From Patescibacteria group bacterium (lineage in GTDB: Bacteria; Patescibacteriota; Patescibacteriia; UBA2591; UBA6264): a stretch of 18,531 nucleotides of DNA. Every line of letters begins with the position of its first letter. Positions within the stretch are counted from its first letter, which is position 1. Shown here piece by piece: positions 7,308 to 14,932 of the stretch. The stretch covers positions 1-18,531 of the forward strand of contig JAQTOB010000011.1 in assembly GCA_028713575.1 (NCBI GenBank). Reading direction: 5' to 3'. The notes beneath the pieces were generated by a model, which had not been told where the DNA came from, ran no database searches, and saw nothing but the letters and a program-made list of their open reading frames with translations. Position numbers and translations under genes: made by a program.

Positions 7308-8465
7308 TCAATGCCCCGTTTTCACCCTCTCTAAATTATTTATGGCCACGGAAATCAGATTTTCGTTAACCAGCCCCTTTTCCATTTTCTTAACTTGTTT
7401 TATGTTACCCTTTGTACACGGATGTTTAGGTAAACGTCCCTGGCAATAAAATGTCGTCTGAACGATAGAAATGTCATAAGTTCCAATTTCTCTAGCCCTT
7501 TTAATGGTCTCTTGCTTGTCAAAACCTATCAATGGTCTTAACACAAGCAAGTCCGTTCTTTCTTCGGTTATTTTCATATTCTCAATGGTCTGTGAGGCTA
7601 CCTGTCCCAAGCTATCGCCGGTAATTAGGGCGTTAATATATTTCTTTTGGGCAATTTCCGAAGCAATTTTAAACATGGTTCTTTTACAAATAAGACAACA
7701 ATCCCTTGTCCCTTCTTCTAAAATGGACTTTTGGATTTCCTTAAAAGGAATTAAATATAACGTTGATGGTCCTTGATATTTACTTAAAATGGTTACTATT
7801 TTTTTAACTTTTTCAATTACTTCTTTTTCATGGTCAAGGTAGGAATAGAAGTGAATAAAAGAAACCTTCATCCCTCTTTTCATCATCTGCCAAGCCGCCA
7901 CTGGCGAATCAATGCCATCGGAAAGTAGGACTAGTCCCTGCCCGCTGACGCCAATAGGCAAACCACCCGGCCCGCTTATTTTCTCCAAATAAACAAAAGC
8001 CTTGTTATCCACTATTTCAATAAAAATGGTAATGTCTGGATTTTCCAGCTTAACCTTTTTGCGTAAATTGTTGACTACGAATTCGCCAACTATTTTATTT
8101 ATTTCCTGAGAAGTTAAATTAAAATTTTTATTGGAGCGCTGAGTAAAAATTTTAAATGTCTTAAACTCTTCCTCTCGCAAAATTTCAAAAACCAGCCTTT
8201 CAATCTCCCCAACATCTTGTTTTGTTTCTCGGACAAAAGAGAAATTAGCCAAACCAAAAACATTTTTCAGTTTTTTTTCTATTTCTTTTTTATTTTTTTC
8301 TCCCAAAAGCGTCAACTCAATAATGATCCGCCCTGAAATTCTTTTTATCTTGCTAAAAAAATCCCTATCCAAAACCGTTCTGATATTTTCTATCAATTTT
8401 TCTTCAAAAAAACGGCGATTATTTCCTTTCAGCCCGATTTCGTTATAATGACAAACTATACTCAT
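7308..8465 (-). CDS. thiI: tRNA 4-thiouridine synthase ThiI (THUMP plus PP-loop domains, no rhodanese domain)
   Basis: The N-terminus YNEIGLKGNNRRFFEEKLIENI is typical of ThiI. The PP-loop region reads LLSDGIDSPVAAW (canonical SGGxDS). Length is 385 aa. Confidence 0.85.
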   Translation of the reverse strand: MSIVCHYNEIGLKGNNRRFFEEKLIENIRTVLDRDFFSKIKRISGRIIIELTLLGEKNKKEIEKKLKNVFGLANFSFVRETKQDVGEIERLVFEILREEEFKTFKIFTQRSNKNFNLTSQEINKIVGEFVVNNLRKKVKLENPDITIFIEIVDNKAFVYLEKISGPGGLPIGVSGQGLVLLSDGIDSPVAAWQMMKRGMKVSFIHFYSYLDHEKEVIEKVKKIVTILSKYQGPSTLYLIPFKEIQKSILEEGTRDCCLICKRTMFKIASEIAQKKYINALITGDSLGQVASQTIENMKITEERTDLLVLRPLIGFDKQETIKRAREIGTYDISIVQTTFYCQGRLPKHPCTKGNIKQVKKMEKGLVNENLISVAINNLERVKTGH

Positions 8466-8549
8466 ATTAACATCTTAACATTTAAGGACCAAAACATCAA
8501 TTATTCATTCCCGATTACCCAATCCCTAATCATCTGTGGATAAATCATC

Positions 8550-8579
8550 TTGCCAAAAATATTATTTTTATGTTATTAT
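8550..8579 (+). promoter_or_regulatory. Sigma70-like promoter TTGCCA-N18-TGtTATTAT (extended -10)
   Basis: CTTGCCAAAAATATTATTTTTATGTTATTAT closely resembles the tRNA-Phe promoter at 15180..15208 (CTTGCCAAAATATGATTTATTTGTTAATAT). Confidence 0.5.
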
Positions 8580-8592
8580 AAACATACTTTAA

Positions 8593-8686
8593 CGAGTCGG
8601 CTATGGAAAACTGTCAATTCATAAAAAATATTCACTTTCCCAAGGTTATTGGTTTGTCTTGGATTGAAAACTCAAAGGCCGACTCC
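8593..8686 (+). ncRNA. Candidate structured RNA or leader: ~94-nt imperfect hairpin closed by GAGTCGGC/GCCGACTC
   Basis: It starts about 10 nt after the predicted transcription start. Nested helices are GAGTCGGC/GCCGACTC, TCAATTC/GGATTGA and CCAAG/CTTGG. A weak hairpin plus T6 follows at about 8741..8757. No known family motif was recognised. Confidence 0.3.
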
Positions 8687-8793
8687 TCTTAATAAAAAAT
8701 AATTAAAAAAAATAAATAACAAATAATAAGTCGGCGGGCTGGATGTTGCCGCTTTTTTATAAAACTGAAAAATAAAAATAAGGAGGCGGAAAA

Positions 8794-8961
8794 ATGAATG
8801 ACGAAAAAAATAAGGCCGAGACTAGATGCTATAAAAGCATCCAAAGAAAAATCAATCAGATTATAAAAAGGGGGATATATTGTAAAGCCCCCCAAAAAAA
8901 TAAAAAAAAATATCTGATTGAATTAATCTGTTTAAAAAATTCCATGATTTCCGGCAAATAA
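8794..8961 (+). CDS. Small ORF, 55 aa, basic, low complexity (MNDEKNKAETRCYKSIQRKINQIIKRGIYCKAPQKNKKKYLIELICLKNSMISGK)
   Basis: Below the ORF-track size cut-off. A consensus SD (AAGGAGG, 8780..8786) lies 7 nt upstream of the ATG. It contains homopolymer runs, so the reading frame is fragile. Confidence 0.35.
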   Translation: MNDEKNKAETRCYKSIQRKINQIIKRGIYCKAPQKNKKKYLIELICLKNSMISGK

Positions 8962-8982
8962 AAAAGGAGGCATAGAGACACA

Positions 8983-9159
8983 ATGGAAATATGTATCACT
9001 AATCTAGACAATGAATTTGAAAACCTTTCTCGCAGAAAATCCGCTATTATGAAAAAATTAGAGCGGAGTCGTAATTCTGCGAAAAGGATAAACCTAGAAA
9101 AGGAAATCGCGCAAATAGAAAAAAAAATAGCGCTAATTTCCAAAAAAATAAAAAATTAA
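8983..9159 (+). CDS. Small ORF, 58 aa, predicted coiled coil (MEICITNLDNEFENLSRRKSAIMKKLERSRNSAKRINLEKEIAQIEKKIALISKKIKN)
   Basis: An AAGGAGG SD at 8964..8970 lies 12 nt from the ATG. The residues show heptad-like periodicity. A terminator follows directly. Confidence 0.5.
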   Translation: MEICITNLDNEFENLSRRKSAIMKKLERSRNSAKRINLEKEIAQIEKKIALISKKIKN

Positions 9160-9172
9160 GGGGGAGTATATT

Positions 9173-9201
9173 AAAAAGCCGCCACTAAGACGGCTTTTTT
9201 T
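9173..9201 (+). terminator. Rho-independent terminator after the small ORFs
   Basis: AAAAAGCCG-(9-nt loop)-CGGC followed by a T7 run. Confidence 0.7.
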
Positions 9202-9282
9202 CTTATTTTCTTCTTGATTTCCTTAATTTTTCTGATAAAATTATCATTGTTCTTTCCTCATATCAAATGTCAATGTGTTATT

Positions 9283-9353
9283 CGGGACGTAGTGTAATGG
9301 CAGCACGAGTCTTTTGGGAAGATTTAGCGGGAGTTCGAATCTCCCCGTCCCGA
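9283..9353 (+). tRNA. tRNA-Pro(TGG), CCA not encoded
   Basis: Acceptor CGGGACG/CGTCCCG, D arm GTGT..GCAC, anticodon arm AGTCT-TTTGGGA-AGATT, T arm GGGAG-TTCGAAT-CTCCC, discriminator A. Total 71 nt. Confidence 0.9.
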
Positions 9354-9382
9354 TTTAAAAATTAATATCGTTATAACTCGGC

Positions 9383-9420
9383 AAAAAAAACCCGCCAGAG
9401 GCGGGTCCGCCTTTGGCGGA
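9383..9420. terminator. Tandem GC hairpins (CCCGCC-AGA-GGCGGG, TCCGCC-TTT-GGCGGA); strong terminator for the minus-strand antiporter operon
   Basis: On the minus strand CCCGCC-TCT-GGCGGG is followed by T8. On the plus strand the hairpins follow tRNA-Pro but have no T tail. Confidence 0.65.
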
Positions 9421-9574
9421 AATCAAAATTCAGGTCTATGTACCCCGACCAACATCTTAATGAGAGCCTTAATGCCTTGATGAGGTGGAACCTCGTCAAG
9501 ACCATATCAAGACCATCAAGGTCTCGCCCTCTAATCAATCCAATTATTTTAAAACCAGATAAACTGGCCTTTTA

Positions 9575-10528
9575 TTACCCCCTGATAATCAGATAAACTA
9601 TGTAAATAACGTACAGACTGACGAAAATAATTCCCTGTTTGCGGGTCAATTTGGCTTTTCCTCCGGTCAAAGTAAAAACAAAAAGAAGAAAAGTAACAAG
9701 TAAAACGACTAAAATATCCGTATTTATTTTTGTGGAAACGGGCAATGGTCTGATTAAAGAAGTAATGCCCAAAACCCAAAAAATGTTGAAAATGTTGGAA
9801 CCGACGATGTTGCCTACAGCGATGTCGCTGTTTTTTTTCGCCGCCGCCACCACTGAGGTGGCTAATTCTGGTAAAGAGGTCCCAATGGCTACAACAGTTA
9901 AACCAATTAAGGCCTCACTCACTCCCAGCGACTGAGCGATTAAAAGCGCGCCGTCAACTATCCACTTTCCTCCCAAGACTAGACAACCCGTTCCAGCCAA
10001 AATCATCAAACCGGAAACAGGATACGAAAACTTCTTTATTTTATCGTCCATGTCCACATCCTTGTGCCTGATGCTTATGATGTAATATAAAAAAATCAAA
10101 AAAAACAGGAGCATAACCAGGCCGTCCGTCCGATCCAAAAAGGCCTCAAAAGTATTATTCAAAAAAACGTCACTAGCTAAAATCCATAAAACCACTACGG
10201 CCAAAACCGCCAGAGGAATCTCCTTCCAAATTGTATTATTTTTCACGATCAATGGCCTAACAATCATGGACAAACCGAGAATCAACAAGATATTAATAAT
10301 ATTGCTTCCCAGGATATTTCCCAGGGCGATATCAGCCGTTCCCTTGATGTTAGCAAGAACATTAACAACAAACTCTGGCATAGAAGTGCCGAAGGAAACG
10401 ATTGTCAAGCCGATAACGATCGTAGAAATGCCCGTTTTTTTTGCTAAAGAGGAAGCGCCGTCCACCAGCCAATCCGCCCCTTTGATGAGGAGAAAAAACC
10501 CAATGATAAATAAAAAGTAAGAAAGCAT
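9575..10528 (-). CDS. Ca2+/Na+ antiporter, CaCA family (YrbG-like)
   Basis: 317 aa with about 10 TM segments. Both alpha-repeat signatures are present: GNILGSNIINILLILG and GNIVGSNIFNIFWVLG. Confidence 0.85.
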   Translation of the reverse strand: MLSYFLFIIGFFLLIKGADWLVDGASSLAKKTGISTIVIGLTIVSFGTSMPEFVVNVLANIKGTADIALGNILGSNIINILLILGLSMIVRPLIVKNNTIWKEIPLAVLAVVVLWILASDVFLNNTFEAFLDRTDGLVMLLFFLIFLYYIISIRHKDVDMDDKIKKFSYPVSGLMILAGTGCLVLGGKWIVDGALLIAQSLGVSEALIGLTVVAIGTSLPELATSVVAAAKKNSDIAVGNIVGSNIFNIFWVLGITSLIRPLPVSTKINTDILVVLLVTFLLFVFTLTGGKAKLTRKQGIIFVSLYVIYIVYLIIRG

Positions 10529-10537
10529 ATTCTTTTT

Positions 10538-11785
10538 TTATTCGTATCTTAAGGCCTCAATCGGACTTTTTTTAGAAGCTTTTTTCGCCGGATAAAGGCC
10601 GAATATTATGCCAATAGAGCCGGCCACGCCCAATCCCAAAAGAATGGAGGGAAAAGAAATGACAAATTGCCAATTCTGGCTGAGTTGCTTTGCCAAGACT
10701 AAAGAAGCCAGATAAGACAAACCTATCCCCAGGCCGACGCCGATCAAACCGCCAACAATCGTTAAAATAATTGACTCTATTAAAAAATGAACCATAATAT
10801 CTTTTCCCCTCGCCCCTATGGCTTTTCTTAATCCTATTTCCCATGTTTTTTCAGTTACCGCCACCAGCATGATATTCATAATTCCCACTCCACCAACCAC
10901 TAAGGAAATGGCCGCGACTGAGGTAAGTAAAACGGTCAAAATCCCCGTAATCAAACTAATGGTTTCAATCATTTCTTCCGAAGTGGTTATATGAAAATCG
11001 TCATCTTCCGGGTCATCAATATTATGTAAATCCCTTAATGTTAATTTAATGTCTTCTACCATATTGGGAACTGATTCTTCGTTCTTGGCCATTACGTGAA
11101 TCTCTTGATAATAATCTATTCCTAAGAGATACTTTTGGGCCGTGGTATATGGAATAAGCACGAATTTATCAATATCCATAAAGGAAGAAACTTGTCCTTT
11201 TGCCGGAAAAATTGCTACTACTTTGAAATATTTATCCTTGATTTTTATTTTTTCCCCCAAAGCGTCAGCCGTGCCAAAAAGATCTTCTTTTACTTTGGCG
11301 CCGATGACCGCCACCGCGGCTAAAGATTTTATGTCTTCTTCGGTAAAATATTCTCCTTCTCCCGGATAAATATTATAAAGTTTGGCCATCCAATCGGCAG
11401 TCCATCCCAAAATCGTCGGTTTATATGTTTCTCCTTTATAAGAAACACTTCCCGGAACCATCAAGGATGGGGTGATTTCTTCCAAGTCGGGAACATTGTT
11501 TTTATTTTTTAGAGCCTTGATGTCTCTTTCCTTTAAAGAATCATTAAATAAAGTATCGGCCATGTCTTGAGGGCCCTTAACTTCTTTGCCGGGATTGATC
11601 TGAACGAAATTTCCGCCTAAAGACTTTACTTCGTTTAAAATTAGACTTTCAGCTGACTGCCCAATGGACATAATTAGGATAATGGAAGTAATGCCGATGA
11701 CAATGCCTAAAATTGTCAAAAATGAACGCGCTTTGTTCGTTTTTAACCCGATTAAAACCGTTTTAAGGGAATATTTTATTTTCAT
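10538..11785 (-). CDS. MacB/FtsX-type ABC transporter permease with periplasmic MacB_PCD domain
   Basis: 415 aa. An N-terminal TM is followed by a ~230-aa extracytoplasmic domain and a C-terminal FtsX-like three-TM bundle (GGVGIMNIMLVAVTEKTWEIGLRKAIGARGKDI). Confidence 0.85.
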   Translation of the reverse strand: MKIKYSLKTVLIGLKTNKARSFLTILGIVIGITSIILIMSIGQSAESLILNEVKSLGGNFVQINPGKEVKGPQDMADTLFNDSLKERDIKALKNKNNVPDLEEITPSLMVPGSVSYKGETYKPTILGWTADWMAKLYNIYPGEGEYFTEEDIKSLAAVAVIGAKVKEDLFGTADALGEKIKIKDKYFKVVAIFPAKGQVSSFMDIDKFVLIPYTTAQKYLLGIDYYQEIHVMAKNEESVPNMVEDIKLTLRDLHNIDDPEDDDFHITTSEEMIETISLITGILTVLLTSVAAISLVVGGVGIMNIMLVAVTEKTWEIGLRKAIGARGKDIMVHFLIESIILTIVGGLIGVGLGIGLSYLASLVLAKQLSQNWQFVISFPSILLGLGVAGSIGIIFGLYPAKKASKKSPIEALRYE

Positions 11786-11851
11786 ATGCCAAATTTGTAG
11801 AAATTTTCGGGCTCATTTTGTAGTGAAAAAAATTTCGCTACAAATTTGAGC

Positions 11852-11870
11852 ACCGAGCACTCAATTTATT
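11852..11870. repeat. Left arm of a perfect 19-bp inverted repeat bracketing the GIY-YIG ORF
   Basis: ACCGAGCACTCAATTTATT is the exact reverse complement of 12101..12119. It overlaps the GIY-YIG stop codon at 11866..11868. Confidence 0.9.
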
Positions 11871-12095
11871 CCTCTAAGCTATATTTAAAACGCTCTTTGA
11901 GATGACGAATTGCTTGACCTCTTTGTTTTAATTTTTTTTCTCGATTTCTCGCATCTTTTTCTGATTTGTAGGCTTCGTAATAAATAAGTTCGGGGTTTTT
12001 CTTTCTATGTTCTTTAAATCTTCTTTTTAAATCATCGGTGTAGCCTATATAGATTTTTTTCTTTATCTGATTTTTAATTATTACACGTAATACAT
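11866..12095 (-). pseudogene. Small GIY-YIG (URI-domain) nuclease gene with a 1-nt frameshift at codon 5
   Basis: The minus frame reads ...IIKNQIKKKIYIGYTDDLKRRFKEHRKKNPELIYYEAYKSEKDARNREKKLKQRGQAIRHLKERFKYSLEE*. ATG TAT TAC GTG (MYYV) at 12095 is one base out of frame and runs into TAA TAA. No ATG, GTG or TTG start exists in the main frame. Confidence 0.7.
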
Positions 12096-12100
12096 AAAAA

Positions 12101-12119
12101 AATAAATTGAGTGCTCGGT
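12101..12119. repeat. Right arm of the 19-bp inverted repeat
   Basis: AATAAATTGAGTGCTCGGT lies 5 nt upstream of the MYYV ATG. Confidence 0.9.
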
Positions 12120-12177
12120 AATGATTTTATTATTGAAAAATTTTCGCCCTTCGGGCTTAAAAATTCAGACAAAATCG

Positions 12178-12894
12178 CTATTTAAACAATCCGTCTTTAG
12201 CATAATGGCGATTGATTACTTTTTCGTCGCTTTCAATCAGGCCGTCTTTTAATTTGATGATTCTTTTGGCCATTTCTGAAGTATATTTTTCATGTGTAAC
12301 CATTATAATGGTATGCCCTTTTTCATTAAGATTTTGAATTATATCCATCACTGCTTGACCGGATTTTGAATCAAGATTTCCGGTTGGCTCATCGGCAAAA
12401 ATAACATCCGGGTCATTAACTAAAGCTCGGGCAATGGCCACTCTTTGTTTTTCTCCTCCGGAAAGTTGAGACCGTTCATGTTTTAAACGATGTGAAAGAC
12501 CCACCATTTCAAGCGCCTTTTTTGCTTTATCTTCCCATAATAATTCTTTTATCCTGGAATAATAAAGAGGCAATTTAACATTATCTAAAACATTGGTTCG
12601 GGGAAGCAAATTAAAAGTTTGAAAAATAAATCCCATTTTTTCATTCCTAATGCGGGCCAATTCGTCATCGCTGTATTGATTCATTGACTTGCCTTGAAAA
12701 AAATATTCCCCTTTGGTCGGCCGATCTAAAAATCCTAAAATGTGAAGCAGGGTTGATTTGCCGGAACCAGAAGGACCCATAATCGCCACAAATTCTCCTT
12801 TCTCAACAATAAAAGAATCCCCCCTTAAAGCCGGGGTTTTTATTTCTTCTTCTCCGTAAATTTTCTCTACTTTTTCTATTTTAATCAAAGGCAT
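12178..12894 (-). CDS. ABC transporter ATP-binding protein (MacB/LolD-type ATPase)
   Basis: Walker A is GPSGSGKST, the signature is [15 protein letters not shown], and Walker B is [12 protein letters not shown]. Confidence 0.9.
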   Translation of the reverse strand: MPLIKIEKVEKIYGEEEIKTPALRGDSFIVEKGEFVAIMGPSGSGKSTLLHILGFLDRPTKGEYFFQGKSMNQYSDDELARIRNEKMGFIFQTFNLLPRTNVLDNVKLPLYYSRIKELLWEDKAKKALEMVGLSHRLKHERSQLSGGEKQRVAIARALVNDPDVIFADEPTGNLDSKSGQAVMDIIQNLNEKGHTIIMVTHEKYTSEMAKRIIKLKDGLIESDEKVINRHYAKDGLFK

Positions 12895-12897
12895 ATC

Positions 12898-14616
12898 TTA
12901 AGGCATTATTATTTTATCTCCTTCTTCTAAACCGCCAATAACTTCTATTTTTCCCTCTGTACCTTTTGTCCCCACTTCTATTTCCCGTTCTTCAACGACC
13001 TCTTTTTTTTCTTGAATCTCCAACAATTTTACAAAATATTTATTGTCTTTTTTGAAAACCATCCTGCTGGGAATGGTCAAAACGTTCTTTTTCTCAGCTG
13101 TAATAATGTCCATATCAGCAGTCATTCCTGACTTTATTCTTTCATCTTGATCAATAAAGCTAGCGGTTATTTTATAGGTAGCCACTCCTTCTATTATTTT
13201 TTCCGCCGGATCAATACTTGTTATTTTGGCGGCAAAAACTACTTCATTGCCGTAAGCGTCAAGCACGACTTTAACCAAATTGTCCTCTTTAATCTTCGCG
13301 ATATCCGCTTCCGGCACATTGGCTTTCAATCCAAAATCATTTTGAGAAATGACAGAAACTATTGAAACGTTCGGCGAAATAATTTCTCCTACTTTGGCGT
13401 CCTGTCTCGTTACTGTCCCATTTATAGGAGATTTCAAAATTGTTTTTTCTATCTGAACCTGGATATTTTTTATTTCCGCCTCAACTTGTCTGATTTTGGC
13501 GCCTTGGGAAACAATGTTCGTTTCCGCCTGTTCAACTTTTGCTTCCTGCGCTTTTATCTGTTCATCAGTAGCGCCTGATTTTTTTAAGGCTAATTCATTC
13601 TTTGCTAAGTTCAAATTATTTTCGGCGGTATTTATCTGAGCCTGAGCCGCGGCAATATTATTCTTATTGGTATTTTTTTGGGAAGTAATTGCCTGTCTCT
13701 GCGTATTAATGCTGGAAATGGAGGCGTTAATGTTCACTCTGGCCGTGTTGATGTTGCTTTTATAAGTATTTGAAACGGTTTGCGATAAATTCACGGCGTT
13801 ATTAACGACGTCATTCAAGCGGTTTAAAAAATCTCTGATGCTATTTAGATAATCTTCTCCATTAATTAAAAATTGTTCTGGGTTGTCTAAATTAAAATTG
13901 TCAATGTCTGATTTGAACGAAATTAAAATATTTTTAATAGTGAGGCGTCCGCTCTCCGCGTCAATTTTTGCTTGGGAATCAGAGGTAGAAATGGTTAATT
14001 GAGGAAGTTCCGAATTATCATTGGAAAAAAGATCGTCTACCTGCTTATTAACCGCGTCATCGGCATAGAAATAAGCGCTATTTAAAATATCTTCCACGTC
14101 ATCATAAAGGTTAGCTAAATCAACGTCCGCTTTATTTTGAACATTTTCCAAATTTATTTTTTCATTGACCAGGGTTTTCTCCGCGCTGGCCACTTTTGTT
14201 TCCGATAATTGGATATCTTCCGGCTTAGCGCCGTTTTTCAATTCTTTTAAATTAGCTTGTTCTGTTTCCAACATTGCCCGGGCTTGGTTTAGTCCTGCCC
14301 GAACGCTTTCCAAATTAGCTTCGGCTTGAGTTAATTGCGCTTTTAAGTCGGCATTGTCTAAAATAACCATTGATTGGCTGATTGCCACGACGTCCCCGAT
14401 AGCTACATTCACTTCTGCCACTTTTCCGGTTTTTTCAAAGGCCAAATCAACGTTTTCCGCCGCTTCCACCCGGCCGGTCACGTTAACTTCCTGTGTTAAA
14501 TCGGATTTTTCTACTATTACAAAATTATGGGACTCCTCTTTGTTTCTCAGTAAAACAAATAAAATTATTATTACTAGTCCGATAATAACAAAAATGTATT
14601 TTTTCTTAATTTTCAT
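12898..14616 (-). CDS. HlyD/MacA-type membrane-fusion (periplasmic adaptor) protein with an unusually long coiled-coil hairpin
   Basis: 572 aa. It has an N-terminal TM (YIFVIIGLVIIILFVLL) and lipoyl-like segments at both ends (GRVEAAENVDLAFEKTGKVAEV... / SPINGTVTRQDAKVGE). About 300 aa of Q/N/A/E-rich heptad sequence lies between them. A C-terminal beta-barrel-like domain follows. Confidence 0.75.
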   Translation of the reverse strand: MKIKKKYIFVIIGLVIIILFVLLRNKEESHNFVIVEKSDLTQEVNVTGRVEAAENVDLAFEKTGKVAEVNVAIGDVVAISQSMVILDNADLKAQLTQAEANLESVRAGLNQARAMLETEQANLKELKNGAKPEDIQLSETKVASAEKTLVNEKINLENVQNKADVDLANLYDDVEDILNSAYFYADDAVNKQVDDLFSNDNSELPQLTISTSDSQAKIDAESGRLTIKNILISFKSDIDNFNLDNPEQFLINGEDYLNSIRDFLNRLNDVVNNAVNLSQTVSNTYKSNINTARVNINASISSINTQRQAITSQKNTNKNNIAAAQAQINTAENNLNLAKNELALKKSGATDEQIKAQEAKVEQAETNIVSQGAKIRQVEAEIKNIQVQIEKTILKSPINGTVTRQDAKVGEIISPNVSIVSVISQNDFGLKANVPEADIAKIKEDNLVKVVLDAYGNEVVFAAKITSIDPAEKIIEGVATYKITASFIDQDERIKSGMTADMDIITAEKKNVLTIPSRMVFKKDNKYFVKLLEIQEKKEVVEEREIEVGTKGTEGKIEVIGGLEEGDKIIMP

Positions 14617-14645
14617 AAATTATTCACTTAGATTAGATTTCCGTT

Positions 14646-14674
14646 ATTATAACCATTAAATGACCTATTGTCAA
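14646..14674 (-). promoter_or_regulatory. Consensus sigma70 promoter TTGACA-N17-TATAAT for the adaptor/ABC/antiporter operon
   Basis: On the minus strand the -35 is at 14674..14669 and the -10 at 14651..14646, about 30 nt upstream of the ATG at 14616. Confidence 0.6.
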
Positions 14675-14684
14675 GAAAACCCAC

Positions 14685-14700
14685 TTGCCAAATGTGGCAA
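14685..14700. promoter_or_regulatory. 16-bp palindrome TTGCCA-AATG-TGGCAA between the divergent promoters (possible operator)
   Basis: The half-sites are perfect 6-bp inverted repeats, located just upstream of the operon -35. Confidence 0.3.
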
Positions 14701-14719
14701 ATAATGCCCCTTTCTCTAT

Positions 14720-14747
14720 TTGACAAAGATGATAAAAATGATAGAAT
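14720..14747 (+). promoter_or_regulatory. Sigma70-like promoter TTGACA-N16-TAGAAT (TG at -15/-14) for tRNA-Gly
   Basis: The -35 is at 14720..14725 and the -10 at 14742..14747. tRNA-Gly begins at 14806. Confidence 0.55.
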
Positions 14748-14805
14748 CATTATGCTGTAGGTATCGTAATAATGTTTTGTCTTTTCTTATCTCCCTAAAA
14801 ATTAT

Positions 14806-14876
14806 GCGGGATTCGTACAATGGTAGTATGCCACTCTTCCAAGGTGGAGATGCCAGTCCGATTCTGGTATCCCGCT
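14806..14876 (+). tRNA. tRNA-Gly(TCC), CCA not encoded
   Basis: Acceptor GCGGGAT/ATCCCGC, anticodon arm CCACT-CTTCCAA-GGTGG, T arm GCCAG-TCCGATT-CTGGT, discriminator T. Total 71 nt. Confidence 0.9.
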
Positions 14877-14932
14877 TTTCAATATAATTCACTGGGAAAC
14901 GGGGATTCTCAGTCACATTATTTATTTTTTAA

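Noticed and set aside
7024-7776. Track ORFs 7024..7239(+), 7243..7449(+), 7504..7776(+)
   Set aside because: They are antisense to the DksA-like and thiI genes and have no SD.
7308-8465. ThiI PP-loop variant SDGIDS and the lack of a rhodanese domain as an anomaly
   Set aside because: Short ThiI proteins without a rhodanese domain are common, for example the Bacillus type. A single substitution in the loop cannot be judged without an alignment.
8689-9143. Track ORFs 8689..8895(-) and 8856..9143(-)
   Set aside because: Their F/I/L-rich low-complexity translations derive from poly-A/T tracts. They are antisense to two plus-strand small ORFs that have consensus SD boxes and a terminator.
9549-11849. 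Track ORFs 9549..9779(-), 9639..9935(+), 10266..10520(+), 10572..10844(-), 11135..11323(+), 11142..11369(+), 11664..11849(+)
   Set aside because: They overlap the CaCA antiporter and MacB-type permease genes in other frames or antisense.
13147-14659. Track ORFs 13147..13365(+) and 14354..14659(+)
   Set aside because: They are antisense to the adaptor gene.
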